This document shows, one piece after another, positions 38,917 to 49,358 of a stretch of 64,000 nucleotides of DNA; position 1 is the stretch's first letter, and every line of letters starts with the position of its first letter. Origin of the DNA: an uncultured delta proteobacterium (GTDB lineage: Bacteria > Myxococcota_A > UBA9160 > UBA4427); contig CAWGJT010000011.1 of assembly GCA_963822965.1 (NCBI GenBank), positions 32,001-96,000 of the forward strand, in the 5' to 3' direction. The translations under genes were made by a program, and so were the position numbers. Under the pieces are notes generated by a model, which was not told the DNA's origin, ran no database searches, and saw nothing but the letters and a program-made list of their open reading frames with translations.

Positions 38917-40248
38917 GTGTCTCCCGACGGCCGCCTGCTGGCGGCGCTGGGGCTGTGGGTGCTGGCGGCGGCCGCGAGCGTCGTGGAGCCGGTCCTCTCC
39001 CTGCCGGTCGCGGTAGCCGGGGCCGCGCTCGGCGTCGCCCTCGTGTGCGACGCCTGGATGCTCGCGCACACGCCCCCCCTGGTGGTCAGGCGCCGCACGC
39101 CTTCGCGCGTCGCCGTGGGACGCGCCGCGGAGGTCGAGATCCTCGTGCGCAACCCGGGGCCCCGCCGGCTCACGGCGAACCTCTTCGACGAGGTGCCGCG
39201 GGACCTCGCCGCGGGCGATCCGGTCTTCCCGTCGGTGGGGCTGGCGCCGGGCGAGGAGCGCCGACTGCGCTACGCGCTGCTGCCCCGGGTGCGAGGCGAC
39301 CGCGCCTTCGGACCGCTGGCCGCCCTGGCGCGCTCTCCGTGGGGCCTGCTGCGCCGACGGGTGCTCAGCGGCGCCGGGGACAGCGTGCGCGTCCTTCCCG
39401 ACACCAGCCGCTTCCTCACGCCCGAGGCGCTGCGCCCCTGGGCGCTGCTCGCGTCCCTCGGCGTGAAGCCCGTGCGGCAGCGCGGGGAGGGGACCGAGTT
39501 CGAATCCCTGCGCGACTACGTCCCGGGCGACGACCCGCGGCGCATCGACTGGCGGGCCACGGCCCGGCGCGGGCGGCTCGTCACCCGGCTGCACCAGCAC
39601 GAGCGGAACCACACGCTGATCGTCGCGGTGGACGCCAGTCGTCTCATGGGCGGCCGCGTGGCGGCGAACGAACGCACCAAGCTCGACTGCGCGGTGGACG
39701 CGGCGCTCACGCTGGCGTGGTCGGCGCTGCACGCGGGCGACCGCGCCGGACTGCTCGTCTTCGATCGCGAGCGGCGCCTGGCGCTCGAGCCCGTGGCGCG
39801 CCGCGCTCATCTCGGCGCCTTCGTCGACGCGCTCGCACCGATCCAGTCGCGCCTGGTGGAGGCCGACTACCACGTGCTGGCCCGGTCGCTCCTGGGTCGC
39901 CGACAGAAACGCGTCCTGCTCGTGATCCTCACGGACTTCGCGGAGTCCGACCCCGATTCCCTCGTCACGCCGCTCGGCCTGCTGGCGCGCCGTCACCAGG
40001 TGCTGCTGGTCGCCCTGCGCGACCCGCGCTTCGACGTGCTCGACCCGCGCCAGGCGCCGGCGCGCTCGCAGCCGACCTCGGAGCAGGACCTCTATCGGCG
40101 GATCGTGCTCGACGATCTCCTGCAGGAGCGCGAGGCGACCCTCGCGCGGCTGCGTCTGCGCGGCGTCCAGACTCTCGACCTCGTGCCCGAGGAGGTGACC
40201 GCTCGCGTCCTGAACCGCTATCTGACGATCCGCTACGGCGCCGAGTGA
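38917..40248 (+). CDS. DUF58 (VWA-like) protein
   Basis: GTEFESLRDYVPGDDPRRIDWRATAR, VDASRLM, ILTD. The true start may lie further upstream (GTGA overlap at 38819, out of frame). Confidence 0.9.
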   Translation: MSPDGRLLAALGLWVLAAAASVVEPVLSLPVAVAGAALGVALVCDAWMLAHTPPLVVRRRTPSRVAVGRAAEVEILVRNPGPRRLTANLFDEVPRDLAAGDPVFPSVGLAPGEERRLRYALLPRVRGDRAFGPLAALARSPWGLLRRRVLSGAGDSVRVLPDTSRFLTPEALRPWALLASLGVKPVRQRGEGTEFESLRDYVPGDDPRRIDWRATARRGRLVTRLHQHERNHTLIVAVDASRLMGGRVAANERTKLDCAVDAALTLAWSALHAGDRAGLLVFDRERRLALEPVARRAHLGAFVDALAPIQSRLVEADYHVLARSLLGRRQKRVLLVILTDFAESDPDSLVTPLGLLARRHQVLLVALRDPRFDVLDPRQAPARSQPTSEQDLYRRIVLDDLLQEREATLARLRLRGVQTLDLVPEEVTARVLNRYLTIRYGAE

Positions 40249-40931
40249 AGGTCCGGGGGGCGGCTGCAGACACCCAGGAGCGGCAGATGGTCGGACGCCA
40301 TTCGCGCCACCGGCGACGACACCGTCGAGGCCTGCAGCCGGAAACGTCCGCCGCCGATGGTCACGCGATCGAGCGGCAGCAGCGGGCGTCGTGACGGGAA
40401 GGTGGAGACCCGGGAGAGCGGAGCCACGGCGTGTTCGAGGGCGCCGAGCTGCCGGGCCCGCCGGGTCCAGTCGTTGAGATCGCCCAGCAGGGCCGTGGCC
40501 AGGTCGGCCTGCCGCTCCAGGATGCGTGCCGCCAGAGCGGCCGCCTGGCTTCGCCGTTCCGCGCGACCCAGTCCCAGGTGGGTCGCGACGATCCGTACGA
40601 CCTCCTCCCCCAGCTGCACGGTGGCGTCGAGCGCGCCGCGGGGCTCGCGGCCGGCGACGGTGAGGTCGATGCGATCCAACGACAGGACGGGTGCGCGCAC
40701 CAGCAGCGCGTTTCCGAAGGGCATGCCCCGCTCCTGCCGGGTGGGTGCGAGCAGGGGCCGGTATCCGAGCTGCTCCGCGGCCGCCGGCCAGTCCGTGCCC
40801 TCCACCTCCTGCAGGGCGACGACGTCCGCGTCGATCGCGGCGATCACGCGGAACGCGCGCGACGGATCGCGCCGGCCGTCGCGACCCACCCAGGCGTGCA
40901 CGTTCCAGGTCGCCATCGAGAAGCCGGTCAC
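40233..40931 (-). CDS. Endonuclease/exonuclease/phosphatase (EEP) family protein
   Basis: ATWNVH, DVVALQEV, GNALL, ATHLGL, LGDLND, ASDHLPL. Confidence 0.92.
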   Translation of the reverse strand: MTGFSMATWNVHAWVGRDGRRDPSRAFRVIAAIDADVVALQEVEGTDWPAAAEQLGYRPLLAPTRQERGMPFGNALLVRAPVLSLDRIDLTVAGREPRGALDATVQLGEEVVRIVATHLGLGRAERRSQAAALAARILERQADLATALLGDLNDWTRRARQLGALEHAVAPLSRVSTFPSRRPLLPLDRVTIGGGRFRLQASTVSSPVARMASDHLPLLGVCSRPPDLHSAP

Positions 40932-43091
40932 GCCGGTGGTCCCGCCTCCGTCGCCCGGGACGCGAGGCGCCACAGGGCTGCGAGCATGCCCGCGAAGCCG
41001 ACGATCGCCGCACCGGTGAAGAGCAGCGCGCGCACGGTCGGCTCCCGGGAGAGCACCGCGACGGCGTCGGTGACGATGGACAACGCCAGGATGCCGGGCA
41101 CCACGCCGATGGCGGTGCCCAGGACGAAGTCGCGCAGGGAAACCCGCGTCGCACCGGCGACCAGGGTCGCGATCATGAATGGATTCCGGGGAGACAGCCG
41201 CAGCAGGATGCAGGGTAGGAGGCCCGCCCGCTGCAGGCGGCGGCTCAGGACGTTGAGCCGATCGCCCGCCACCCGGCGGATCAGGTTCCTTCCCACCCGC
41301 TGGCCGAGCCCGTAGCCGAAGACCGCCCCCAGGACGCTGCCGGCCCAGGCCACGGGGATGGCCACCGCCGGCCCCAGCAGCAGGGTGGTGACCACCGTGA
41401 GCGCCGTCACCGGAACCAGCAGCAGGGTCGCGCCCGTGAACGCCAGACTCGCGAGGGTGGCTCCCTGCCAGCCCGCGCGCAGGGGCGTCAGCAGGCCGGC
41501 CGCCGCCTCGGTCAGCAGCTCGTGGCCGAGCGGCGTCTCGTCCGACGCCAACAGGAATCCGCCCACCACGACCGCCGCCGTGGCGAAGCTCCAGAGCCGG
41601 CGGGCACGGGACCGCCGGTCCGGGCCGCTCTCCTGGAGGAAGCGGTCCATCAGCTCCTCGAGCGGCACCGGGTGCTCGGGGTCGAAGGTGCCGAGGGACT
41701 CGACGGTGGCGGCCGCCCAGTCCTCGGTCTCGAGCTCGAGGCGACGGAGGGTCCGCTCTCCGTCCCGCAGGGCCTCGATGGCTGCCACGAGGGAGCCCGT
41801 CCGCTCCATCTCCTCGGCCACCCGCGCCGGATCGACGCCGAGGTGCTCGGCGACGAGGTCGTTGCGGAACGCCCGGACGGCACGGGAGGCCGCGTCGCCC
41901 GCTTCGCCCTCCACGGCCAGGTCGCACTCGGAGTCGAGCCCCAGCGAGCGGTTCGAGAGGTTCGAGGAGCCCACACGCGCGAGGGTGTCGTCGACCACCA
42001 TGACCTTCGCGTGCACGTTCAGGCTCTCGCCCGGGGCCAGGCCCTCGCGGTGCGGGTAGTAGAGGCGCAGGCGGTCGTGCGCATCGGCCGCGCGCAGGCG
42101 CCGGGCCGCCCGGTCGCGCAGGGCGCCCATGGTGCTCTCCTCGAGCCAGCCCGCGTTCTCCCGCGGCCCGACGATCACGATCTCCGGCCCGTCGGGCTCG
42201 CGCAGCCGTTCGCACAGCCAGTCGATCACGCGATGGGCCGTGAGGTACTGGTTCTCGAAGTAGATCCAGCGGCGAGCGGCGGCGATGCCGTCGCGATAGA
42301 GGGCCTCGCACCTCGCGCACCTCGGGCGCGCCCCGGTAGCTGGCGAGGGTGCGCGCGATGCCCACCGACACGTTGCGGGCGTGGGGCTCGAGGGTCTTCG
42401 GCCAGGGATCGGAGCCGGCGGGGCAGGGGTCGATCCGGCGGCCCGTGGCGCGCCGCCAGCGCTCCCGGGCGAGGTCCGCGACGACCCGGGCGGCTTCGCC
42501 GTCGATCGCCACCTGCACGTCGTGGAACGGCGGATAGCGGGTTCCGCGCGGCGTCGTGCGCCGGGGATCGTCGGGGCGGTGCTCGCGCGTGTCCCAGCGG
42601 TTGGCGGTCAGATCGAAGCCGCCCACGAACGCCATGGCGTCGTCGACGACCACGATCTTCTGGTGCTGGCTCGCGCCCACCGGGTGCGACGAGTCCATCT
42701 CGAACTCCACCCGCCGGTGGGTGCGGCCGCCGAAGTGCAGCAGGGGCAGGAACTCGCGCTCGAGCGCGTAGACCATCACGAAGTCCCAGGCCAGGATGCG
42801 CACGTGCACGCCGCGCGCTCGCGCGATGCGGTCCACCAGCGAGACGAGGGTCTGCCGGGACGAGCCCCGGCTGCTGTCGCGCCGCAGGCGCACCTCGCTG
42901 TGGAAGTCCCAGCCCACGAGCCAGACGCACTCGCGCGCGTTCTCCAGGGCGTCCGCCACGGCGCCGAAGTAGCTCTCCCCGTCGATCAGGAAGCGCAGCC
43001 GCGCCGCCTCTGCGCGCCGCCAGCAGCTCTCGCCCTCGCGCAGGATGGGCCCTTGCCAGGAGGCTCCTGCGCCGGCCGGGGACTCGCTCAT
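40928..43091 (-). CDS. Phospholipase D (two HKD motifs) fused to a VTT/DedA domain, with one apparent frameshift near 42308
   Basis: HQKIVVVD in one frame; YFENQYLT, HAKVMVVD, GSSNLSNRS and the DedA-like TM region in another. Confidence 0.85.
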
Positions 43092-43246
43092 GCCGGGTCT
43101 CGCGTTCGGTGAGTGGCTTGCCGCCAGTCGGGTGTGCGGAGAGATCGCATTCCGGCGGAGAGCTTGCGGCCTGCCGCGGCGCGATTCAACGAGGCCCGGG
43201 AAGATCGGGTGCGCGCGTCTCCGAGGAGCGCGGGAGGCGCCCGGGG

Positions 43247-44354
43247 CTACCCGCGCCGGCGAGCGAGTCCCCCGAGCGCGAGGAGCCCGGAGAGCAGCAT
43301 GACCGTCTCGCCCGGCTCGGGCACCACCCGGATCGAGGCGATCTCGACCAGGTCGGCGGTGACCTGGGGGTGGAGATGGTCGCGTCGCGCCGCCAGGGAT
43401 TCCTCGGACTCGGCGATGGCCGCGCAGGTCATCGTCGCGGTCGAGGCACAGACGCCAGCCGCCGTTCGAGTAGGCCACGTCGCGATCGGTGGTGCACGCG
43501 ACGCTCGGCGGGCCCGTGGCGCCGCTCCCGTCGCAGCTCGCCGACAGGTAGTAGGCACCGCCGGTCAGCGGGTCGGGCTCGAGCGCCATCTGCGAGAAGG
43601 TGACCAGCGCCCGCAGCCAGCCAGCCGGGCCGGTCTGGGACGGATCGGACGCGTCGAAGCAGCCGTAGCCGCCGGGCGGGTCGCTGGGCGCCGCCAGCAC
43701 GGGCAGCTCGGCGAAGACCTCGCGAAGGGGCGAAACGAGGGCCCAGCTGCCGCGCACCCGCGGCAGCGTGCCGATGGCGTCGACCACGTCCATGTCGGGC
43801 GCGACGACGGCGCCGAAGACCGTGAAGCCCTGGTCGATCGTGTCGAGGAACGAGTTCGTGTCCGCGAGGTTGATGAAGAACTCGCTGGTGGCGCTGTTCA
43901 CCTGCCCGCCGACGCGGGCCATGGCGAGGGTGCCCCGCAGGTTGGACTCGCCGGGCTCGTTCACCACCGGCGGGTCGCGCAGGATGCTCGAGAAGGTGTC
44001 GGTGTCGGCGTCGTACGCGTAGCCCCCGGCCTGGATCACGAAGGCGTCCACCGTGCGGTGCACGAAGGTGCCGTCGTAGCGCCCGCTCTCCAGGTAGGCC
44101 AGGAAGTTGTTGACCGTGCACGGCGCGACGTCCGGCCACAGCTCCACCGCGATCGGCCCGAGGGAGGTGTCGATCTCCACCTCCAGGGGGTCGGGCAGGC
44201 CCGGATCGACCGTGCACGGCCCGGGCGCAGCGGCCGCCGTCATCGGCAGGACCAGGCCGAGAGCCAGGCCGAGAAGCATGCCGAGACGAAAAGGGAGCAG
44301 CATCCACACCCGCAGCCGAGGCACCCGCATCCGCATCTCCCGCATCGCCCGCAT
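43247..44354 (-). CDS. Secreted cyclophilin-type PPIase with C-terminal PEP-CTERM signal, apparent frameshift near 43450
   Basis: APCTVNNFLAY, FVHR...FVIQAGG, NLRGTLAMAR, SATSEFFIN, GFTVFG. Tail VPEP-hydrophobic-RRRG in a second frame. Start uncertain (44354 or 44279). Confidence 0.8.
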
Positions 44355-44531
44355 GCTAACGCGATCCGCGGGCGACCGGATCGGAAAAAGGCGGATCCGC
44401 GCGGGTGCCCTCGGACCCTCCGGACCGGATCTCGCCGGCAGTCGGAGCGCACCCGAGAGCGGACGAGCGCGGCGGCGCAGCGCTTCTCCCGGGCTGAGCC
44501 CACGCGAGCCCCGAGGCCGCGACCGGTCGTC

Positions 44532-44547
44532 TGGCATGAAGCTTGCT
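44532..44547 (+). promoter_or_regulatory. Sigma54 (-24/-12) promoter
   Basis: TGGCATGAAGCTTGCT matches TGGCAC-N5-TTGCW with correct GG/GC spacing, about 45 bp before the next ATG. Confidence 0.7.
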
Positions 44548-44590
44548 CTTCGTATCGGCACGCCCGAATGGACGGGCGGGAGACGGGCAG

Positions 44591-45145
44591 ATGGCGATGA
44601 GTCGTGCGGGACGTGCAGATTCTGCAAACAGGCAAGATACGCAGGGGAAGCCCGAGGGCGACGGAGAGCCGCCCGCGGACTCCGAGCGGCGGGAGCGGTC
44701 CACGTTCCTCTCCCTGGAGGAGATCCTCGACATCGTGGTGGCGGACTGCCGGTCGATCGCCGACCGCCTGCAGGCGATCCAGCACGAGGACGAGGACGAG
44801 CGACGCCGGCTCGCACTCTCGGGAATCGAGCGGCGCGAGCGCGAGCTGTGCGAGGTGCTGGTCGCATACCGGGAGCAGGCGCCCGCCTCGCTGCTGCGCA
44901 TGCAGGCCCAGTACGTGGCGGGCGGGCCCCTCGACCTGCCAACCGGGCCCGGGGGCGAGCTCGACGTCCAGGACGTCCGGGCCTTCGTGGTCTCGATCCA
45001 CGAATCGCTGGAGCAGATGCTCGAATCCCTGGCCTCGGATGCCGTGTCGGAGACCGAGGAGGAGGCATTCGAGGCCCTGGCCGGGGCGATCCGGGCGTCG
45101 AAGACCCAGCTGGCGCGCGGCGCGTTGGGGGTCGATGATCTGTGA
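44591..45145 (+). CDS. Hypothetical acidic helical protein (possibly ferritin-like bundle)
   Basis: ORF downstream of the sigma54 site with host codon usage. Fold is a guess. Confidence 0.6.
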   Translation: MAMSRAGRADSANRQDTQGKPEGDGEPPADSERRERSTFLSLEEILDIVVADCRSIADRLQAIQHEDEDERRRLALSGIERRERELCEVLVAYREQAPASLLRMQAQYVAGGPLDLPTGPGGELDVQDVRAFVVSIHESLEQMLESLASDAVSETEEEAFEALAGAIRASKTQLARGALGVDDL

Positions 45146-45198
45146 GAGCCCCAGGTGATCCTTCCACACGAGCCACCCCAGCAGGAGGCGCCACCCTC

Positions 45199-45672
45199 AT
45201 GAGCGACTACCACACGATCGTCGTGCCCTACGACTTCTCGGAGCACGCGCGTGCCGCGCTCGACACCGCGGTCGATCTGGCGCGCCGCCTGCAGTCCGAC
45301 ATCCACCTGATCCACATCGTGCAGCCGCCGTCCTACACCTACGCGCCGTACGGGACCTTCGGCGGGGCGACCGCCGTGCTGCCGCCGGCGAACCTGGAGC
45401 AGATCAAGGAGGGCGCGCGGGGATCCCTGCGCGAGGTGGCTGGAAATATCTCGAACCCGCCCGGCAAGGTCGAGGTGCACGTGCTCGAGGCGCCGAGCAT
45501 CGTCGGCGCGATCCAGACCCTCTCCGAGGAGCTCGGGGCCGATCTCATCGTGATGGGCACCCACGGCCGCGGCGGTCTCGCTCACGTCTTCCTGGGCAGC
45601 GTCGCCGAGCGCACGATCCGGGACGCGCCCTGTCCCGTGCTGACCGTCCGCGCTCCGGAGGAGAGCTCATGA
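45199..45672 (+). CDS. Universal stress protein
   Basis: AGGAGG RBS, TIVVPYDFS, ADLIVMGTHGRGG...LGSVAERTIRDAPCPVLTV. Confidence 0.95.
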   Translation: MSDYHTIVVPYDFSEHARAALDTAVDLARRLQSDIHLIHIVQPPSYTYAPYGTFGGATAVLPPANLEQIKEGARGSLREVAGNISNPPGKVEVHVLEAPSIVGAIQTLSEELGADLIVMGTHGRGGLAHVFLGSVAERTIRDAPCPVLTVRAPEESS

Positions 45673-46001
45673 CCCGAGAGCACGACGAGCCGGAGACCCT
45701 CAGCCAGGCCGTGCAGAGACTCGAAGCCGCGGGCTACCGCGACTCGTTCCAGCCGTCCGGAGGCGGGCTGAAGTCGCTCCACGCCGGCCGGGTGCACGCC
45801 CCCGAGGCGCTGCTGGTGGACGAGATCGTGCGCTTCGAAGGCTCGTCCGATCCCCAGGACGAGTCCATGCTCTTCGCCCTGCGGTCCCCCGACGGCAAGG
45901 TGCGTGGCACCCTGGTCGCCGGCTACGGCACGCAGACGAATCCCGAGAGCGCCGAGGTCATCCGCCGCCTGCACGCGGCGGCGCGCTCCCGGCAGCGTTG
46001 A
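45669..46001 (+). CDS. Small conserved protein of unknown function
   Basis: ETLSQAVQRLEAAGY...VRFEGSSDPQDESMLFAL...GTLVAGYG resembles a widespread family of about 100 aa. ATGA overlap with the USP gene. Confidence 0.7.
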   Translation: MTREHDEPETLSQAVQRLEAAGYRDSFQPSGGGLKSLHAGRVHAPEALLVDEIVRFEGSSDPQDESMLFALRSPDGKVRGTLVAGYGTQTNPESAEVIRRLHAAARSRQR

Positions 46002-46023
46002 AGGTCCGGGCAAAGGGGGCGGC

Positions 46024-47004
46024 GTGGGAAGGCTCGTCGAAGGCAAGTGGGTGGACCAGTGGTACGACACCGCGTCCACCGGCGGTCGCTTCGTGCGCCA
46101 GGACAGCGGCTTCCGCGACCAGGTGCGCGCCGACGGCTCCACACGCTTCGCGCCCGCCGCCGGTCGCTACCACCTCTACGTGTCTCTGGCCTGTCCGTGG
46201 GCCCACCGCACCCTCATCGTGCGCAAGCTGAAGAAGCTCGAGACGACGATCTCCGTGTCCGTCGTGCACCCGTACATGGGCGCCGAGGGCTGGTCGTTCG
46301 AGAACCCGGACGACACGCCGGGCGTCACCGGCGATTCCGTGAACGGCGCGCAGCGCCTCCACGAGATCTACACGCGCGCGGTGCCCGACTACACGGGCCG
46401 GGTCACCGTGCCGGTGCTGTGGGATCGCCGGGAGCAGACCATCGTGAACAACGAGTCGTCGGAGATCATCCGCATGCTCGGGCGGGAGTTCGACGCCTTC
46501 GGCGACGCGAGCCTCGACCTCTACCCCGAGGCCCTGCGCGACGAGATCGACCGCGTGAACGACTTCGTCTATCCCAACGTCAACAACGGCGTCTATCGCT
46601 GCGGCTTCGCGACCACCCAGGAGGCCTACGCGGAGGCCTTCGGCGAGCTCTTCGACGCCCTCGACCGCCTGGACGAGCGGCTCGCCGGCCGCCGCTACCT
46701 GGTGGGCGAGCGCATCACCGAGGCGGACTGGCGCCTCTTCACCACCCTGGTGCGCTTCGACGCCGTCTACGTCGGTCACTTCAAGTGCAACCTGCGGCGC
46801 ATCGCCGACTACCCGAACCTCTCGGGCTATCTGCGCGAGCTGTACCAGTGGCCGGGCGTGGCCGAGACAGTGAGCTTCGAGCACATCAAGCGGCACTACT
46901 ACCAGAGCCACCCGAGCATCAACCCCACAGGCATCGTGCCGCTCGGGCCGGAGCTGCAGCTGGCGCTGCCGCACGGCCGCGACGCCCTGCCGGCCGCCGT
47001 CTGA
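46024..47004 (+). CDS. yqjG: Glutathionyl-hydroquinone reductase (GST Xi/omega-like)
   Basis: GRYHLYVSLACPWAHR, RVTVPVLWD, NNESSEIIR, NNGVYRCGFA, TLVRFDAVY. Confidence 0.93.
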   Translation: MGRLVEGKWVDQWYDTASTGGRFVRQDSGFRDQVRADGSTRFAPAAGRYHLYVSLACPWAHRTLIVRKLKKLETTISVSVVHPYMGAEGWSFENPDDTPGVTGDSVNGAQRLHEIYTRAVPDYTGRVTVPVLWDRREQTIVNNESSEIIRMLGREFDAFGDASLDLYPEALRDEIDRVNDFVYPNVNNGVYRCGFATTQEAYAEAFGELFDALDRLDERLAGRRYLVGERITEADWRLFTTLVRFDAVYVGHFKCNLRRIADYPNLSGYLRELYQWPGVAETVSFEHIKRHYYQSHPSINPTGIVPLGPELQLALPHGRDALPAAV

Positions 47005-47029
47005 AGGCGATGCGCCCGTGCGCGAGGCG

Positions 47030-48133
47030 TCAGGGACCCGCGCGCAGCCCCGCCAGCCAGCCGGTATCGACCGCCGTCGCACGCGCCAGCCGGCGCACCT
47101 GCCAGTGCGCGGCGACGATTGCGAACGCGTAGGCGCCCGCCACCGCCAGCCGGGTGCCGGTCTCGAGCGCCGACTCGCGCACGAAGCTCTCGGTGAGCGC
47201 CGCCAGCAGGAAGAGCGGGACGGCGGTGGCCACCAACACCAGGGCGGGTAGCGAGTCCTCCCGCAGGGCCACGGCGCGCCGGCGCCGGCCCGGCGCCGCC
47301 ACCGCGGCGCCGAGCACGAGGCCGCCCGCACAGCAGAGCGTGATGGCGGTGAGCTCGGGAATCGCGTGCGGGGCGAGCCAGGCCAGGAACGGAACGGGGG
47401 CCGCGTCCCGGAAGAACAGGCTGCAGAAGGCGCCCAGCATCATGCCGTTGTAGAGCTGCAGCAGGGCGCTCGGCACCCCCGCCAGCATGCCCGTCGCGAA
47501 GGACAGGATGCCCACGCGCGTGTTGTGCGCGAAGAGCTGGGAGCCGAACAGCAGGTTCCGGCTCGCGGGCGTCTCGGAGCGCTCGAGGAAGTCCGCGCGG
47601 GCCTCGGGCGACGCCCACAGGCGATCGATGTGCTCGGCGTCGTAGCCGAAGCCGACCGGCAGCATGGCGTACAGGGCCGCGGGATCGCGTCGGGTGAGGG
47701 TGGCGCCCATGGTGGCGCCGATCACCAGCAGCAGCCACGCCAGCGCGAGCGCCCGCCACGTCGTGCGCAGCAGGTGTGGCAGGTCGCGGCTCCACCGCCG
47801 GTGCTCCCGGCTCGCGCCCTCGGCGGCGGAGTAAAGAAAGGCGTACGCTCGGACGCAGAGTCCGTTGAGGTGACGGACGGCGTCGGGGTCGGCGGCGCGG
47901 TCCCGCAGGCGCGAGAGCCGCGCGCTGTGGGCGCGATAGAGGCTGGCCAGCTCGCGCAGGTCGTCGAAGGGAAGCCCCCGGGCGCGCAGGTGCTCGCAGC
48001 GCTCCACGAGCCGCTCGAAGCGTTCGAGCTCGAGCTGGGGGTGACGTCGGGCCGGCCCCCTCCTCTCCGGAGCCGGCTCGAGAAGAGGCTCGCGAGCACG
48101 CTCGGGAACACGCGGGGCGCCGTGAGCCTCCAT
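47030..48133 (-). CDS. Stage II sporulation protein M (SpoIIM/DUF95)-like membrane protein
   Basis: ELASLYR...LSR, FAHNTRVG, YNGMMLGA, PHAIPELTAI, LTESFV. Confidence 0.85.
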   Translation of the reverse strand: MEAHGAPRVPERAREPLLEPAPERRGPARRHPQLELERFERLVERCEHLRARGLPFDDLRELASLYRAHSARLSRLRDRAADPDAVRHLNGLCVRAYAFLYSAAEGASREHRRWSRDLPHLLRTTWRALALAWLLLVIGATMGATLTRRDPAALYAMLPVGFGYDAEHIDRLWASPEARADFLERSETPASRNLLFGSQLFAHNTRVGILSFATGMLAGVPSALLQLYNGMMLGAFCSLFFRDAAPVPFLAWLAPHAIPELTAITLCCAGGLVLGAAVAAPGRRRRAVALREDSLPALVLVATAVPLFLLAALTESFVRESALETGTRLAVAGAYAFAIVAAHWQVRRLARATAVDTGWLAGLRAGP

Positions 48134-48244
48134 GATCGGACAGGGTGGCGGATCGTCGTCTCGGCGCAAGACTGCAGTCGGGCGCTCGAACGCCGATAAC
48201 GGCCGGTAGCGAAGGCCGATGAGCAGCGAGGAGCCGCACAGCAC

Positions 48245-49129
48245 ATGAGCCAGGCGAGCTCGGGCATGGATACGGCGCTGCGACGCGAGAGCTCCCTCGG
48301 GAGCGCCCAGGTCGTGCGCTCGCCCGAGCAGGTGGCGCTGGACTTCGAGCTGGCCGGACCCATGAGCCGCATGCTGGCCTTCAGCGTCGACTACGGCATC
48401 GTGCTCGTGCTGGAGGCGCTGATCTTCACCGCCCTGATCTTCGTCGCCATGTCGATGGCGAACCTCGAGCAGATCCAGCGGGTGGGAAGCTGGGTCGAGG
48501 ATGCCCGCGCCGGCCTCGAGCGGGGCGAGTTCCAGCCCGGGAGCTGGCTGCTGATGGCCATCGCCGTGTGGGTGGCGGTGGACTTCGTGCTGCAGTGGGG
48601 ATACTTCGTGACCTGCGAGCTGCTGATGCAGGGACGGTCGCCCGGCAAGGCGATGATCGGCCTGCGCGTGGTGCGCGACGGCGGGCTGCCCGTGACCCTG
48701 CGCGAGTCGCTGCTCCGCAACCTCCTGCGCATGGTGGACATGCTGCCCAGCCAGTACCTGGTGGGCTTCGTGTCCATGGTGCTCTCGAAGGACGTCCGCC
48801 GCCTGGGCGACTTCGCGGCAGGAACCCTGGTGGTGCGCGAGGAGCGGGCCGCGCCCGCCCGTCCCATCCAGGCGGATCTCGACCCCGCTCCCGGGCGCAG
48901 CGCCTTCCGCTTCGACCACGCCCAGCTCTCGGCGCTCGGCCCCGTGGAGCTGCGGCTCGTGCGCCAGACCCTGCGGCGCATGGACGAGCTGCCCACCTGG
49001 CGGGCGCGGGAGGTGCTGGCTCGCACCACCGAGGCCGTCACCCGGCGAATCGGCTGGAGCGAGCCCCTGGCGCCCGCCGCGCGGCGCGACTTCCTGATGG
49101 CCCTGCTGCGGGACGCCGAGCGTCGCTAG
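48245..49129 (+). CDS. RDD family membrane protein
   Basis: SPEQVALDFELAGPMSRMLAFSVD, GRSPGKAMIGLRVV, RNLLRMVD, RRLGDFAAGTLVV. Confidence 0.92.
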   Translation: MSQASSGMDTALRRESSLGSAQVVRSPEQVALDFELAGPMSRMLAFSVDYGIVLVLEALIFTALIFVAMSMANLEQIQRVGSWVEDARAGLERGEFQPGSWLLMAIAVWVAVDFVLQWGYFVTCELLMQGRSPGKAMIGLRVVRDGGLPVTLRESLLRNLLRMVDMLPSQYLVGFVSMVLSKDVRRLGDFAAGTLVVREERAAPARPIQADLDPAPGRSAFRFDHAQLSALGPVELRLVRQTLRRMDELPTWRAREVLARTTEAVTRRIGWSEPLAPAARRDFLMALLRDAERR

Positions 49130-49358
49130 CGGCCGGCGCCCGATAGCACTGCATCTTCGCGACCTTCTCGCTCCGGCCGTCCTCGGCGTACCTGAGTACG
49201 CCTCCGGGGGCCTCCGCTCCGAGGGCCGCGAATCTGCAGCACTCTCGACCGCCTCCGATCCCCCCTCCACCCGAGAGGCCATCCCGGCCGGCGGTCGTCG
49301 CACGGCGAGGCTCGATCCCCTCTCCATCCGAGAGGCCAACCCGCCGATACGGGAACCC

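Noticed and set aside
40233..45200. 1655-aa giant ORF
   Set aside because: Chance in-frame concatenation of the PPIase, the PLD N-half and the EEP gene through frameshifts and stop-poor GC-rich DNA.
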